64,000 nucleotides of DNA from a bacterium (GTDB taxonomy: Bacteria > SAR324 > JACQKK01). Both the position numbers and the translations under genes were made by a program. The DNA lies in contig OZ251219.1 in NCBI GenBank assembly GCA_965240465.1, positions 1,024,001-1,088,000 of the forward strand, given 5' to 3'. The notes below the pieces were generated by a model. That model worked only from the letters and a program-made list of their open reading frames with translations, searched no databases and had not been told where the DNA came from. Shown piece by piece: positions 31,076 through 40,906 of this stretch; the stretch's first letter is position 1, and each line of letters starts with the position of its first letter.

Positions 31076-31306
31076 GTGAGTGTACCAGATAAAGTAAAAT
31101 CTATTATTGCTGAGCAATTGGGGGTTGAGGAATCTGAAATAAAATCAGAGTCTCATTTCGTCAATGATTTGGGGGCAGATTCCCTAGATACCGTAGAGTT
31201 GGTTATGGCATTTGAGGAAGAATTCGGGATTGAGATTCCCGATGAAGATGCTGAAAAAATAACTGTGGTGCAGACTGCGATTGACTATATAAAAGATAAT
31301 CAATAG
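31076..31306 (+). CDS. acpP: Acyl carrier protein
   Basis: [14 protein letters not shown]. Confidence 0.98.
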   Translation: MSVPDKVKSIIAEQLGVEESEIKSESHFVNDLGADSLDTVELVMAFEEEFGIEIPDEDAEKITVVQTAIDYIKDNQ

Positions 31307-31408
31307 TACAGAGCATGTTTGTACAAGTTGTCTAGGTAACCCGATGATGGCTAGTAAAGCCTGTGTGCTGTGCCATAATTTTTGATGCAGGTGCATTTAG
31401 GAGTTTGA

Positions 31409-32638
31409 ATGGAAAAGCGAGTTGTAGTTACGGGTCTAGGATGTGTTAGCCCGTTAGGCAACGACGTAAAAAGCACCTGGGATGGACTGAAAGAAGGCCG
31501 TTCTGGTACTGGTAGTATTGCAAAGTTTGATGCTTCTGGCTATCGTTGTCAGGTGTCAGCAGAAGTGAAAAATTTTGATGCTGATGCGGTTATCAGTACG
31601 AAAGATCAACGCAAAATGGATGTGTACATCCATTTTGCAATGGTGGCTGCTCAGCAGGCAATCACTGAAAGCGGTCCCAAGCTGGAAGGAAAACTCGCTG
31701 AACGCACAGGAGTTTCTGTCGGAGTGGGCATCGGAGGAATGTTCAGCATTGAAAAATATCACAAGGTACTACTAGAAAGTGGACCCCGTAAGGTATCCCC
31801 GTTTATGATCCCAATGATCATCGCTAACATGGCAGCGGGGCAGATATCTATGCGTTTTAATTGTCGTGGTTACTCAGCTTGCACCACTTCTGCTTGCTCT
31901 TCTTCTAATCATTCCATTGGGGACGCCTTTCGCATCGTGCAGAGAGGCGATGCTGACATTATGGTGGTTGGTGGCTCAGAATCTAGCATCACTCCCTTAA
32001 CTATAAGCGGATTTGCAGCCATGAAGGCTCTTTCCACTCGCAATGATGATCCAACCAGGGCTTCCTGCCCTTATGATGTTAATCGGGACGGCTTTGTCAT
32101 GGGTGAAGGGGCAGGGATACTAATCCTGGAAGAATATGAACATGCCCGCAAACGTGGGGCCCCTATCTACTGTGAATTGAAAGGCTATGGTGTTAGTTCC
32201 GATGCCCATCACATCACCACCCCCAGTGCCGAAGGACCCGAACGCAGTATGAACAATGCTATTAGCGACGCTCAGTTGTCCATAGACGAAATAGACTACA
32301 TCAATGCCCATGGCACCTCTACCCCAGTAGGTGATATTAACGAAATGAAGGCTATTAAAGCCGTCTTTGGCGAACGAGCTAACAAAGTTAGTATTTCTGC
32401 TACCAAATCCATGATAGGACATTTGCTAGGGGCTGCTGGTGCCGTAGAAGCGATAGCCTCCATTAAGTGTTTAATTAACGGGATTGTGCATCCTTCTATC
32501 AACATTGAAGAGTTAGATCCAGAATGCAACCTGAACGTCACCCCCAATGTAGCCAAAGAAATGCCTATAAATGCCGTCATGAGCAACTCTTTCGGTTTTG
32601 GTGGTACCAATGCGACGCTCATCTTTCAAAAAATTTAA
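31409..32638 (+). CDS. fabF: 3-oxoacyl-ACP synthase II
   Basis: TSACSSS, NAHGTST, KSMIGHLLGAAG, NSFGFGG. Confidence 0.97.
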   Translation: MEKRVVVTGLGCVSPLGNDVKSTWDGLKEGRSGTGSIAKFDASGYRCQVSAEVKNFDADAVISTKDQRKMDVYIHFAMVAAQQAITESGPKLEGKLAERTGVSVGVGIGGMFSIEKYHKVLLESGPRKVSPFMIPMIIANMAAGQISMRFNCRGYSACTTSACSSSNHSIGDAFRIVQRGDADIMVVGGSESSITPLTISGFAAMKALSTRNDDPTRASCPYDVNRDGFVMGEGAGILILEEYEHARKRGAPIYCELKGYGVSSDAHHITTPSAEGPERSMNNAISDAQLSIDEIDYINAHGTSTPVGDINEMKAIKAVFGERANKVSISATKSMIGHLLGAAGAVEAIASIKCLINGIVHPSINIEELDPECNLNVTPNVAKEMPINAVMSNSFGFGGTNATLIFQKI

Positions 32639-32691
32639 TTTTTTACAGCACTCGAGACAATTTCAAGCATTTCCTTTGAGAATTATCTCTT

Positions 32692-33069
32692 ATGATCGTC
32701 AAAAGCCTAAGATATACTAAAACACATGAATGGATAAAAGAAGAAGGCAACGTTGTCACCATTGGTATTACAGATTATGCACAAGAACAGCTAACCGAAG
32801 TGGTATATGCAGAATTGCCAGAAATAGGTAAGCAATTGAGTGCCGGTGATACGGCTGCTGTGTTGGAATCAGTCAAATCAGTGAGCGATATATATGCTCC
32901 TGTGACTGGTAGGGTGGCGAAAGTAAATGCGGCCCTAGTTGATACTCCAGATATTATCAATACCAGCCCCTATGATGAAGGCTGGATATTTAGTTTGGAA
33001 GTAGAAAATATAGAGGGTGATTTCATGGATGCAGATGCCTATCAAGCCTTCATTGGGGAAGATTCTTAG
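32692..33069 (+). CDS. gcvH: Glycine cleavage system H protein / lipoyl carrier
   Basis: YTKTHEW, GITDYAQ, ESVKSVSDIYAP (lipoyl Lys). Confidence 0.96.
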   Translation: MIVKSLRYTKTHEWIKEEGNVVTIGITDYAQEQLTEVVYAELPEIGKQLSAGDTAAVLESVKSVSDIYAPVTGRVAKVNAALVDTPDIINTSPYDEGWIFSLEVENIEGDFMDADAYQAFIGEDS

Positions 33070-33088
33070 TACGCTTTCTGGGGTCCTG

Positions 33089-33265
33089 TTAGGGTTTGTT
33101 AGTACGGTTGCGAAGAGAATCCTCCAGGGAGATTACATTGTCTCCCAGTCCCTCCAAATTATCTTTTATTTTATTCCATTTACCGCAATGCGGGCAGCAT
33201 CCCATCCATTTTGAGAGGCGTTTGAGGCATGCGTGGCAGACAAATCCTCGTCTTTTTTTGGTCAT
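33089..33265 (-). CDS. 58-aa standalone RadA-type C4 zinc-ribbon protein (or truncated radA remnant)
   Basis: Manual translation MTKKRRGFVCHACLKRLSKWMGCCPHCGKWNKIKDNLEGLGDNVISLEDSLRNRTNKP*; matches the RadA N-terminal F.C..C.....KW.G.CP.CG.WN pattern. Confidence 0.75.
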   Translation of the reverse strand: MTKKRRGFVCHACLKRLSKWMGCCPHCGKWNKIKDNLEGLGDNVISLEDSLRNRTNKP

Positions 33266-33364
33266 AGCTGAAGATAGAAGTAGGGGTTGCTAGGTACAAA
33301 TTGTAGCACACCTAGCAATCTTAGCTGAAAGGCGCGTGAGCGGTATGCTCGTAGTATCCATGGA

Positions 33365-33739
33365 TCAATCATTTGTTATGGCTTCTGGTGCTTCTAAGGT
33401 GTAGGTTTCGGGCGAGCTGCTTTCAGTCTCGCTTTTGCGAGGCAAATCCATATCTTGAGAGGACAGTTCTGGCTGAGGGCTATCAGTAGAGGTTGTGGTT
33501 GTTGGTATAGCTATGGACAGCAGCACCTGCTGCAATTCGCTTTTCCACTCTGTAAAGGAGACAGATTGGGTTTCTCCTTGGGTGTTGATGATCCAGCTGC
33601 TTTCCTTTGTCAGTCGTAATTCTTGTGTTTTTGCAACTAGGGTCGCCACAGATTGAGATGGATGTAATTGCTCTTTGCCTTCTGTGGGAATCAGAGAAGA
33701 CTGTGATGAAATGGTGCTATCTGAGTTATTCATAGTCAT
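33365..33739 (-). CDS. Hypothetical Ser/Thr-rich protein
   Basis: 124-aa ORF in otherwise unoccupied space, divergent from the SBP gene; no recognisable motif. Confidence 0.45.
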   Translation of the reverse strand: MTMNNSDSTISSQSSLIPTEGKEQLHPSQSVATLVAKTQELRLTKESSWIINTQGETQSVSFTEWKSELQQVLLSIAIPTTTTSTDSPQPELSSQDMDLPRKSETESSSPETYTLEAPEAITND

Positions 33740-33777
33740 TTACGATAAATTATTATAATGATTTTAATAGAATATCC

Positions 33778-33806
33778 TTGCGTTTGTGCATTTTTTTTGT
33801 TACAAC
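33778..33806 (+). promoter_or_regulatory. Putative sigma70 promoter of the SBP gene (duplicated at 36188-36216)
   Basis: TTGCGT-N17-TACAAC with an extended -10 TG. Confidence 0.4.
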
Positions 33807-33938
33807 CCGCTGTATGTAGTGTTTCTCATCATTTCCTTATTGCCAGATTTGGTTATTTACATCAAGTTAATTTTGTTTCTGTGGATGTTGTTTTAATATT
33901 TTTAACCTAGGCTGGCTGTTTTATTCGGTTAGCGCAAA

Positions 33939-35651
33939 TTGAAAGATAGTATGTTAATTAAAAAATTTAAGATGGGGGTTAGAATGGTAACAGCTTTGTG
34001 GTGCTTGTTTTGTTTGTGGATAATCCCGGGCACACCAGAGGTTTGGTCGCAGACTAAAGCTGTAGTGCAGGGTAGTTCCAAGGCTAAAGTAAGTGGTCTA
34101 AGGAGAGGTACGTTTAGCGTGGACCCTGTGACACTACACCCCCTGAATGCAACTGGCCTTTATGCCCAGAATATATTGGGTTCTATCTACGAAGATTTGC
34201 TGGAGCTAAGTTATGAAAAATTGGAATACACCCCTTTGTTGGCAAAACGCTTTGAGGTTTCCAAAGACAAACTGACTTATACGTTTTACTTGAATCCCAA
34301 GGCAAAATGGGCGGATGGCAAGCCACTAACTGCTGAGGATGTGAAATTCAGCATGGATTTGCTACTTAATAAAAAGCTGAAGACGTTTGCTAAATGGCAG
34401 TCCTACTATTCTAGGGTAAAAAGTGTGAAAGTTCTGGATCCCCATACTGTACGTTTCAATCTTACTGAAGATCATTTTCTAAACATGGTGAGTCTCGCGG
34501 GGATAAGGGTAGTACCGAAACACATGTTTAATTTAGATGAACCTAATAAAACCAAGCTTACCAAGAAGCCAGTGGGTAGTGGGGCGTATCGCATGACACG
34601 CCGTAAGAGGGGAAATAGCATACTGCTGGAACGACGTGATGATTATTGGGGTTGGGATTTGCCGCAAAATAAATATCGCTTCAACGCTAAGCACGAACTG
34701 ACAAAAATTATTCTTAATGACAAAGTTGCTTTGGAAACATTCAAGAAAAAGGAACTGGACATACTTTCCTTGACAGCCAAACAATGGGTACATGAAACTA
34801 AAGATCCAAGGTTTGGGATTGGTAGACAACCAAATAAACCCTTTGTAAAGTTGCAGGTACGAAACAAACAGCCTCGCTCATACCGCTATGTAGGTTGGAA
34901 TCTGGAGTCCCCCCTATTTAATGATCGCCGCGTAAGAATAGCTTTGTCTCACCTTTTTGATCGTAAGACAATCATTGATAAATTTTACTTCAATTTACAT
35001 GTTCCCGCGGTGGGCCCATTTGAAGTCAATTCTGTTTACTCTTCTCCTAAAGTAAAGCCGATTAAATTCTCCATTCCCAAGGCCATTGCTTTGTTGAAAG
35101 CCGCCGGTTGGAAAGATACTGATAAAGATGGAATAGTAGACAAAAATGGGCGACCTTTGAGATTTACCGTCCTTACCGCTGATAATGAAACTTCACCAAA
35201 ATTGCTCACCCTGACGCAAGGTAACATGCGTCAGGCAGGAGTAGACTTGAAAATTAAAGTAGTAGAATGGTCAACCCTTCTAAAGATAATTGATGAATAT
35301 ACTTATGATGCTGTGATGTTAGGTTGGTCACGGGGTATTTGGACAGACCCGACCGCTTTGTGGCATTCTAAGGGTGCTGTTGCCGGTGGCTTGAATCTTG
35401 TACGCTACAAAAACCCAGAAGTAGACAAGTTGATCGATAGAGCTGCTAAATCTGTTGGTACCAAGGAACGGATTCGTTTGTATCGCAAGGTTCATGAGTT
35501 GATACACAGAGATCAGCCATATGCTTTTATGGTAGAACAAGCCGCCTCTTTCTATGCGTATAATGCTGATTTGCAACAGGCAAAAAAGTGGTACAACTAT
35601 GCCCTGGGCAGTGATTACTGGTGGCTTGAAAAGCCAGCTAAGACTAAATAA
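33939..35651 (+). CDS. ABC transporter substrate-binding protein, family 5 (peptide/oligopeptide type), copy 1
   Basis: Signal peptide, DPVTLHP, KWADGKPLTAEDVKFS, PVGSGAY, FNDRRVR. Confidence 0.92.
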   Translation: MKDSMLIKKFKMGVRMVTALWCLFCLWIIPGTPEVWSQTKAVVQGSSKAKVSGLRRGTFSVDPVTLHPLNATGLYAQNILGSIYEDLLELSYEKLEYTPLLAKRFEVSKDKLTYTFYLNPKAKWADGKPLTAEDVKFSMDLLLNKKLKTFAKWQSYYSRVKSVKVLDPHTVRFNLTEDHFLNMVSLAGIRVVPKHMFNLDEPNKTKLTKKPVGSGAYRMTRRKRGNSILLERRDDYWGWDLPQNKYRFNAKHELTKIILNDKVALETFKKKELDILSLTAKQWVHETKDPRFGIGRQPNKPFVKLQVRNKQPRSYRYVGWNLESPLFNDRRVRIALSHLFDRKTIIDKFYFNLHVPAVGPFEVNSVYSSPKVKPIKFSIPKAIALLKAAGWKDTDKDGIVDKNGRPLRFTVLTADNETSPKLLTLTQGNMRQAGVDLKIKVVEWSTLLKIIDEYTYDAVMLGWSRGIWTDPTALWHSKGAVAGGLNLVRYKNPEVDKLIDRAAKSVGTKERIRLYRKVHELIHRDQPYAFMVEQAASFYAYNADLQQAKKWYNYALGSDYWWLEKPAKTK

Positions 35652-35693
35652 CAAAAGCTTTCTATGTACACATAACGTTGTGCATAAGGAGCT

Positions 35694-36029
35694 ATGGAGA
35701 TGGAAGAATGTCAGTTTGATTTGGTGGTGGTTGGTGGCGGTCCTGCGGGGTATAATGCAACTGGCGTTTATGCCCAGAATATATTGGGTTCTATCTACGA
35801 AGATTTGCTGGAGCTAAGTTATGAAAAATTGGAATACACCCCTTTGTTGGCAAAACGCTTTGAGGTTTCCAAAGACAAACTGACTTATACGTTTTACTTG
35901 AATCCCGAGGCAAAATGGGCGGATGGCAAGCCACTAACTGCTGAGGATGTGAAATTCAGCATGGATTTGCTACTTAATAAAAAGCTGAAGACGTTTGCTA
36001 AATGGCAGTCCTACCTTTGTCAGTCGTAA
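35694..36029 (+). pseudogene. In-frame chimera: first 20 codons of lpdA fused to an internal SBP fragment
   Basis: MEMEECQFDLVVVGGGPAGY joined to NATGVYAQ...WQSY; created by the duplication junctions. Confidence 0.8.
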
Positions 36030-36348
36030 TTCTTGTGTTTTTGCAACTAGGGTCGCCACAGATTGAGATGGATGTAATTGCTCTTTGCCTTCTGTGGGAA
36101 TCAGAGAAGACTGTGATGAAATGGTGCTATCTGAGTTATTCATAGTCATTTACGATAAATTATTATAATGATTTTAATAGAATATCCTTGCGTTTGTGCA
36201 TTTTTTTTGTTACAACCCGCTGTATGTAGTGTTTCTCATCATTTCCTTACTGCCAGATTTGGTTATTTACATCAAGTTGATTTTGTTTCTGTGGATGTTG
36301 TTTTAATATTTTTAACCTAGGCTGGCTGTTTTATTCGGTTAGCACAAA

Positions 36349-38061
36349 TTGAAAGATAGTATGTTAATTAAAAAATTTAAGATGGGGGTTAGAATGGTAA
36401 CAGCTTTGTGGTGCTTGTTTTGTTTGTGGATAATCCCGGGCACACCAGAGGTTTGGTCGCAGACTAAAGCTGTAGTGCAGGGTAGTTCCAAGGCTAAAGT
36501 AGGTGGTCTAAGGAGAGGTACGTTTAGCGTGGACCCTGTGACACTACACCCCCTGAATGCAACTGGCGTTTATGCCCAGAATATATTGGGTTCTATCTAC
36601 GAAGATTTGCTGGAGCTAAGTTATGAAAAATTGGAATACACCCCTTTGTTGGCAAAACGCTTTGAGGTTTCCAAAGACAAACTGACTTATACGTTTTACT
36701 TGAATCCCAAGGCAAAATGGGCGGATGGCAAGCCACTAACTGCTGAGGATGTGAAATTCAGCATGGATTTGCTACTTAATAAAAAGCTGAAGACGTTTGC
36801 TAAATGGCAGTCCTACTATTCTAGGGTAAAAAGTGTGAAAGTTCTGGATCCCCATACTGTACGTTTCAATCTTACTGAAGATCATTTTCTAAACATGGTG
36901 AGTCTCGCGGGGATAAGGGTAGTACCGAAACACATGTTTAATTTAGATGAACCTAATAAAACCAAGCTTACCAAGAAGCCAGTGGGTAGTGGGGCGTATC
37001 GCATGACACGCCGTAAGAGGGGAAATAGCATACTGCTGGAACGACGTGATGATTATTGGGGTTGGGATTTGCCGCAAAATAAATATCGCTTCAACGCTAA
37101 GCACGAACTGACAAAAATTATTCTTAATGACAAAGTTGCTTTGGAAACATTCAAGAAAAAGGAACTGGACATACTTTCCTTGACAGCCAAACAATGGGTA
37201 CATGAAACTAAAGATCCAAGGTTTGGGATTGGTAGACAACCAAATAAACCCTTTGTAAAGTTGCAGGTACGAAACAAACAGCCTCGCTCATACGGCTATG
37301 TAGGTTGGAATCTGGAGTCCCCCCTATTTAATGATCGCCGCGTAAGAATGGCTTTGTCTCACCTTTTTGATCGTAAGACAATCATTGATAAATTTTACTT
37401 CAATTTACGTGTTCCCGCGGTGGGCCCATTTGAAGTCAATTCTGTTTACTCTTCTCCTAAAGTAAAGCCGATTAAATTCTCCATTCCCAAGGCCATTGCT
37501 TTGTTGAAAGCCGCCGGTTGGAAAGATACTGATAAAGATGGAATAGTAGACAAAAATGGGCGACCTTTGAGATTTACCGTCCTTACCGCTGATAATGAAA
37601 CTTCACCAAAATTGCTCACCCTGACGCAAGGTAACATGCGTCAGGCAGGAGTAGACTTGAAAATTAAAGTAGTAGAATGGTCAACCCTTCTAAAGATAAT
37701 TGATGAATATACTTATGATGCTGTGATGTTAGGTTGGTCACGGGGTATTTGGACAGACCCGACCGCTTTGTGGCATTCTAAGGGTGCTGTTGCCGGTGGC
37801 TTGAATCTTGTACGCTACAAAAACCCAGAAGTAGACAAGTTGATCGATAGAGCTGCTAAATCTGTTGGTACCAAGGAACGGATTCGTTTGTATCGCAAGG
37901 TTCATGAGTTGATACACAGAGATCAGCCATATGCTTTTATGGTAGAACAGGCCGCCTCTTTCTATGCGTATAATGCTGATTTGCAACAGGCAAAAAAGTG
38001 GTACAACTATGCCCTGGGCAGTGATTACTGGTGGCTTGAAAAGCCAGCTAAGACTAAATAA
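36349..38061 (+). CDS. ABC transporter substrate-binding protein, family 5, copy 2
   Basis: Differs from copy 1 at 5 amino acids. Confidence 0.92.
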   Translation: MKDSMLIKKFKMGVRMVTALWCLFCLWIIPGTPEVWSQTKAVVQGSSKAKVGGLRRGTFSVDPVTLHPLNATGVYAQNILGSIYEDLLELSYEKLEYTPLLAKRFEVSKDKLTYTFYLNPKAKWADGKPLTAEDVKFSMDLLLNKKLKTFAKWQSYYSRVKSVKVLDPHTVRFNLTEDHFLNMVSLAGIRVVPKHMFNLDEPNKTKLTKKPVGSGAYRMTRRKRGNSILLERRDDYWGWDLPQNKYRFNAKHELTKIILNDKVALETFKKKELDILSLTAKQWVHETKDPRFGIGRQPNKPFVKLQVRNKQPRSYGYVGWNLESPLFNDRRVRMALSHLFDRKTIIDKFYFNLRVPAVGPFEVNSVYSSPKVKPIKFSIPKAIALLKAAGWKDTDKDGIVDKNGRPLRFTVLTADNETSPKLLTLTQGNMRQAGVDLKIKVVEWSTLLKIIDEYTYDAVMLGWSRGIWTDPTALWHSKGAVAGGLNLVRYKNPEVDKLIDRAAKSVGTKERIRLYRKVHELIHRDQPYAFMVEQAASFYAYNADLQQAKKWYNYALGSDYWWLEKPAKTK

Positions 38062-38103
38062 CAAAAGCTTTCTATGTACACATAACGTTGTGCATAAGGA
38101 GCT

Positions 38104-39519
38104 ATGGAGATGGAAGAATGTCAGTTTGATTTGGTGGTGGTTGGTGGCGGTCCTGCGGGGTATGTGGCTGCTATTCGGGGATCTCAACTGGGAATGAGCG
38201 TGGTGTGTGTGGAGAAGCATGCCGCATTGGGGGGAGCTTGCTTGAACGTGGGATGTATCCCTAGTAAGGCACTGTTGGAATCTAGTGAATTGTACTCACA
38301 TGCTCAACATGGAATGTCTGTGCATGGAGTAAATATCACGGGGGCTAAACTAAACTTGTCGGCCATGATGGCAAGGAAGAATAAGGTGGTGTCAAATACC
38401 ACTCGGGGGATTGACATGCTATTGAAAAAAAACAAGGTCAAAAGAATTGAAGGAAAAGGCCAATTGTTGGGTAGTGGAAAGGTGATGGTCAAGTTGGCTA
38501 CGGGGAAGTCAATGACATTAAGCTACAAGCATTTGTTGTTGGCCACAGGTAGTAAGCCCGTAGAGCTGCCAAAAGTACCATTTGATGGTCAACAGGTCAT
38601 CGATTCCACTGCAGCACTGAGTTTGGATAAGGTTCCAGAACATATGATAGTAGTGGGAGGCGGTGCGATTGGTTTGGAAATGGGTTCGGTGTGGATGCGA
38701 TTGGGTGCCAAGGTGAGTATCATAGAGATGAGCAATACTCTGCTAGGAGGATTAGATTCTGAAATAAGTGCACTGGCGGAGAAGGTGTTTAAGAAGCAAG
38801 GTTTTTATTTCTATTTGGGTGCAAAACTTGAGCAGGTAAAACGATCAAAGCAGGGGGTATCGGCTTACTTGAAAAAGCCAAATGGTGATCAAGAAGAGCT
38901 ACAGGGGGATGTGATGTTGGTTTCTGTAGGCAGGCGACCATGTACAGATGGGTTAGGTCTGCAAGAAGCAGGAGTGAAGCAGGATGAGCGGGGAAATATT
39001 GTGGTAGATGATTCATATCAGACCAGTGTGGCGGGAGTGTATGCGGTGGGTGATGTGATAGCAGGTCCTATGCTAGCCCATAAAGCATCCGAAGAGGCAG
39101 TGGCGGTAGTAGAAAATCTGGCAAGCAAAGCTGCAACACGTTTGAACTATAGAGCAATTCCCTGTGTTGTGTATACCTGGCCTGAGATTGCTTGGGTAGG
39201 AAAGGGCGAAAATGAACTAAAGCAGAGTGGAATAGCCTATAATGTAGGCAAGTATCCGTTTATGGCCAATGCTCGTGCTCGTACCATGGACGAAACAGAA
39301 GGGTTGGTAAAAGTACTGGCCGATGCAAAAAATGACCGACTACTCGGATTGTGGATCTTTGGAGCACGGGCATCAGACATGATTTCAGAAGCATCCTTGG
39401 CTATGGAATTTGGTGCCAATGCAGAAGATATTGCTCGCTCAGTGCACGCCCATCCGACCTTATCGGAGGCTATCAAGGAAGCCGCCTTGGCAGTAGGTAG
39501 TGGGGCAATACACATTTAG
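38104..39519 (+). CDS. lpdA: Dihydrolipoyl dehydrogenase
   Basis: GGGPAGY, GGACLNVGCIPSK, HAHPTLSE. Confidence 0.97.
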   Translation: MEMEECQFDLVVVGGGPAGYVAAIRGSQLGMSVVCVEKHAALGGACLNVGCIPSKALLESSELYSHAQHGMSVHGVNITGAKLNLSAMMARKNKVVSNTTRGIDMLLKKNKVKRIEGKGQLLGSGKVMVKLATGKSMTLSYKHLLLATGSKPVELPKVPFDGQQVIDSTAALSLDKVPEHMIVVGGGAIGLEMGSVWMRLGAKVSIIEMSNTLLGGLDSEISALAEKVFKKQGFYFYLGAKLEQVKRSKQGVSAYLKKPNGDQEELQGDVMLVSVGRRPCTDGLGLQEAGVKQDERGNIVVDDSYQTSVAGVYAVGDVIAGPMLAHKASEEAVAVVENLASKAATRLNYRAIPCVVYTWPEIAWVGKGENELKQSGIAYNVGKYPFMANARARTMDETEGLVKVLADAKNDRLLGLWIFGARASDMISEASLAMEFGANAEDIARSVHAHPTLSEAIKEAALAVGSGAIHI

Positions 39520-39716
39520 AAAAAATGAAGCTATATCTGGTGGTTTTTCAATGACTGCTATAGGATTTTAGAAAAGCAATAAACGGTTAGAGATGTTCTC
39601 TTACCCTAAAAAAACTTGCAATATGAAGGACAAATTGGATACATTGATACCCCGCTGGGATATAATTTACGGGGAGGAGTGATGGGTCCTTTGTTTCAAG
39701 CATTAAAGGGGTTTAT

Positions 39717-40778
39717 ATGGCACAAGCAAAAAAGAGACACCTACACGCAGTAGAAAAACCTAAGCTGCTAGACATAAAAGATTTGACCCAACGACAGCAA
39801 GAGTTGCTGAATGAATTGGGAGCTAAAAAATTGGTACAGATGTATCGGGATATGTTTTTAATTCGCTCGTTTGAGCGATATGCTGAGCATATGTATCAAC
39901 AGCAAAAGATTAGAGGATTCTTGCACGTGTACATGGGGCAAGAAGCGGTAGGGGTCGGTATGCTCAGTGCCTTGCGAAAAGATGACTATGTTACCGCTTC
40001 TTATCGTGATCATGGAATCTCGCTGGCCTTGGGCTTAGATCCTGGGGCTTGCATGGCAGAATTGTTCGGCAAAGCGACAGGAGTATCAGGAGGTCGGGGA
40101 GGTTCAATGCATTATTATAGCAAGGATAAAAATTTATTTGGTGGTCATGGAATTGTAGGTGGTCAAATTCCGGTGGGCTTGGGGGCTGGCTTTGCTACTT
40201 ATTATGAGGGTAGCGACAAAGTCAGTTTGGTGCTAATGGGTGATGGTGCGGTGCAGCAGGGTTCTTTTCACGAGTGTTGCAATATGGCAGGATTGTGGCA
40301 GTTGCCAGTTCTATTTGTGATAGAAGACAACATGTATGGCATGGGTACCTCGGTTGATAGGGCTTCTGCAGTGAGTGATTTTACACTAAAAGGAGAGGGA
40401 TACGCGATGGAGTCCTTTCATGTGGATGGGATGAATCTGCTGGATTGCTATGCCACAATAAGCGATGCGGTAGCTGTCCGACGTAAAAAACCTTCCCCTT
40501 TGTTAGTAGTAGCAAAGACGTATAGATATCGTGGGCACTCCATTTCGGATCCTGCGGGTTATCGCAGTAAGTTAGAAGTTGAACATTATCGGCAAATGGA
40601 TCCTATCCAACAAATAAAAGGGTTGCTACTCAAATTAAACTGGCTGACCGATGATACCGTCAAACAGCTGGAACACGATGTGCGTAACCAAATACAGGAA
40701 GCAATAAAATTTGCTGAAGAAAGTCCCGAGCCAGAGCTTTCAGATCTAGGGAAACATGTATTTGCTGAAGAGATATAA
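39717..40778 (+). CDS. pdhA: Pyruvate dehydrogenase E1 alpha
   Basis: GFLHVYMGQEA, GGSMH, GDGA TPP motif, TYRYRGHS. Confidence 0.96.
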   Translation: MAQAKKRHLHAVEKPKLLDIKDLTQRQQELLNELGAKKLVQMYRDMFLIRSFERYAEHMYQQQKIRGFLHVYMGQEAVGVGMLSALRKDDYVTASYRDHGISLALGLDPGACMAELFGKATGVSGGRGGSMHYYSKDKNLFGGHGIVGGQIPVGLGAGFATYYEGSDKVSLVLMGDGAVQQGSFHECCNMAGLWQLPVLFVIEDNMYGMGTSVDRASAVSDFTLKGEGYAMESFHVDGMNLLDCYATISDAVAVRRKKPSPLLVVAKTYRYRGHSISDPAGYRSKLEVEHYRQMDPIQQIKGLLLKLNWLTDDTVKQLEHDVRNQIQEAIKFAEESPEPELSDLGKHVFAEEI

Positions 40779-40906
40779 TTAAGCAGTTAGGATCATTGTA
40801 AAAAAGAAAAATTAGGTGAACCGGCAATGAAAACAATGATGATTATAAATAACAATTATGACAGCGATTATAGCGGTGATATTAAAGTCGCGGCAACAAG
40901 GAGACT

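Larger units (their letters stand above)
33604..38163. repeat. Tandem duplication: 2150-bp unit (33604-35753 and 36014-38163) separated by a 261-bp internal copy (35754-36014, equivalent to 34146-34406)
   Basis: Line-by-line comparison at offset 2410 gave 9 substitutions between the units. Confidence 0.95.

Noticed and set aside
33070-33360. Structured ncRNA (6S or riboswitch) after gcvH
   Set aside because: No recognisable family motif; better explained by the minus-strand zinc-ribbon ORF.
33939-38061. Diversity-generating retroelement (template/variable repeat) explanation for the SBP alleles
   Set aside because: Differences include C/G, T/C and G/A changes spread over 1.7 kb rather than adenine-only changes in a short repeat, and no reverse transcriptase is in the window.
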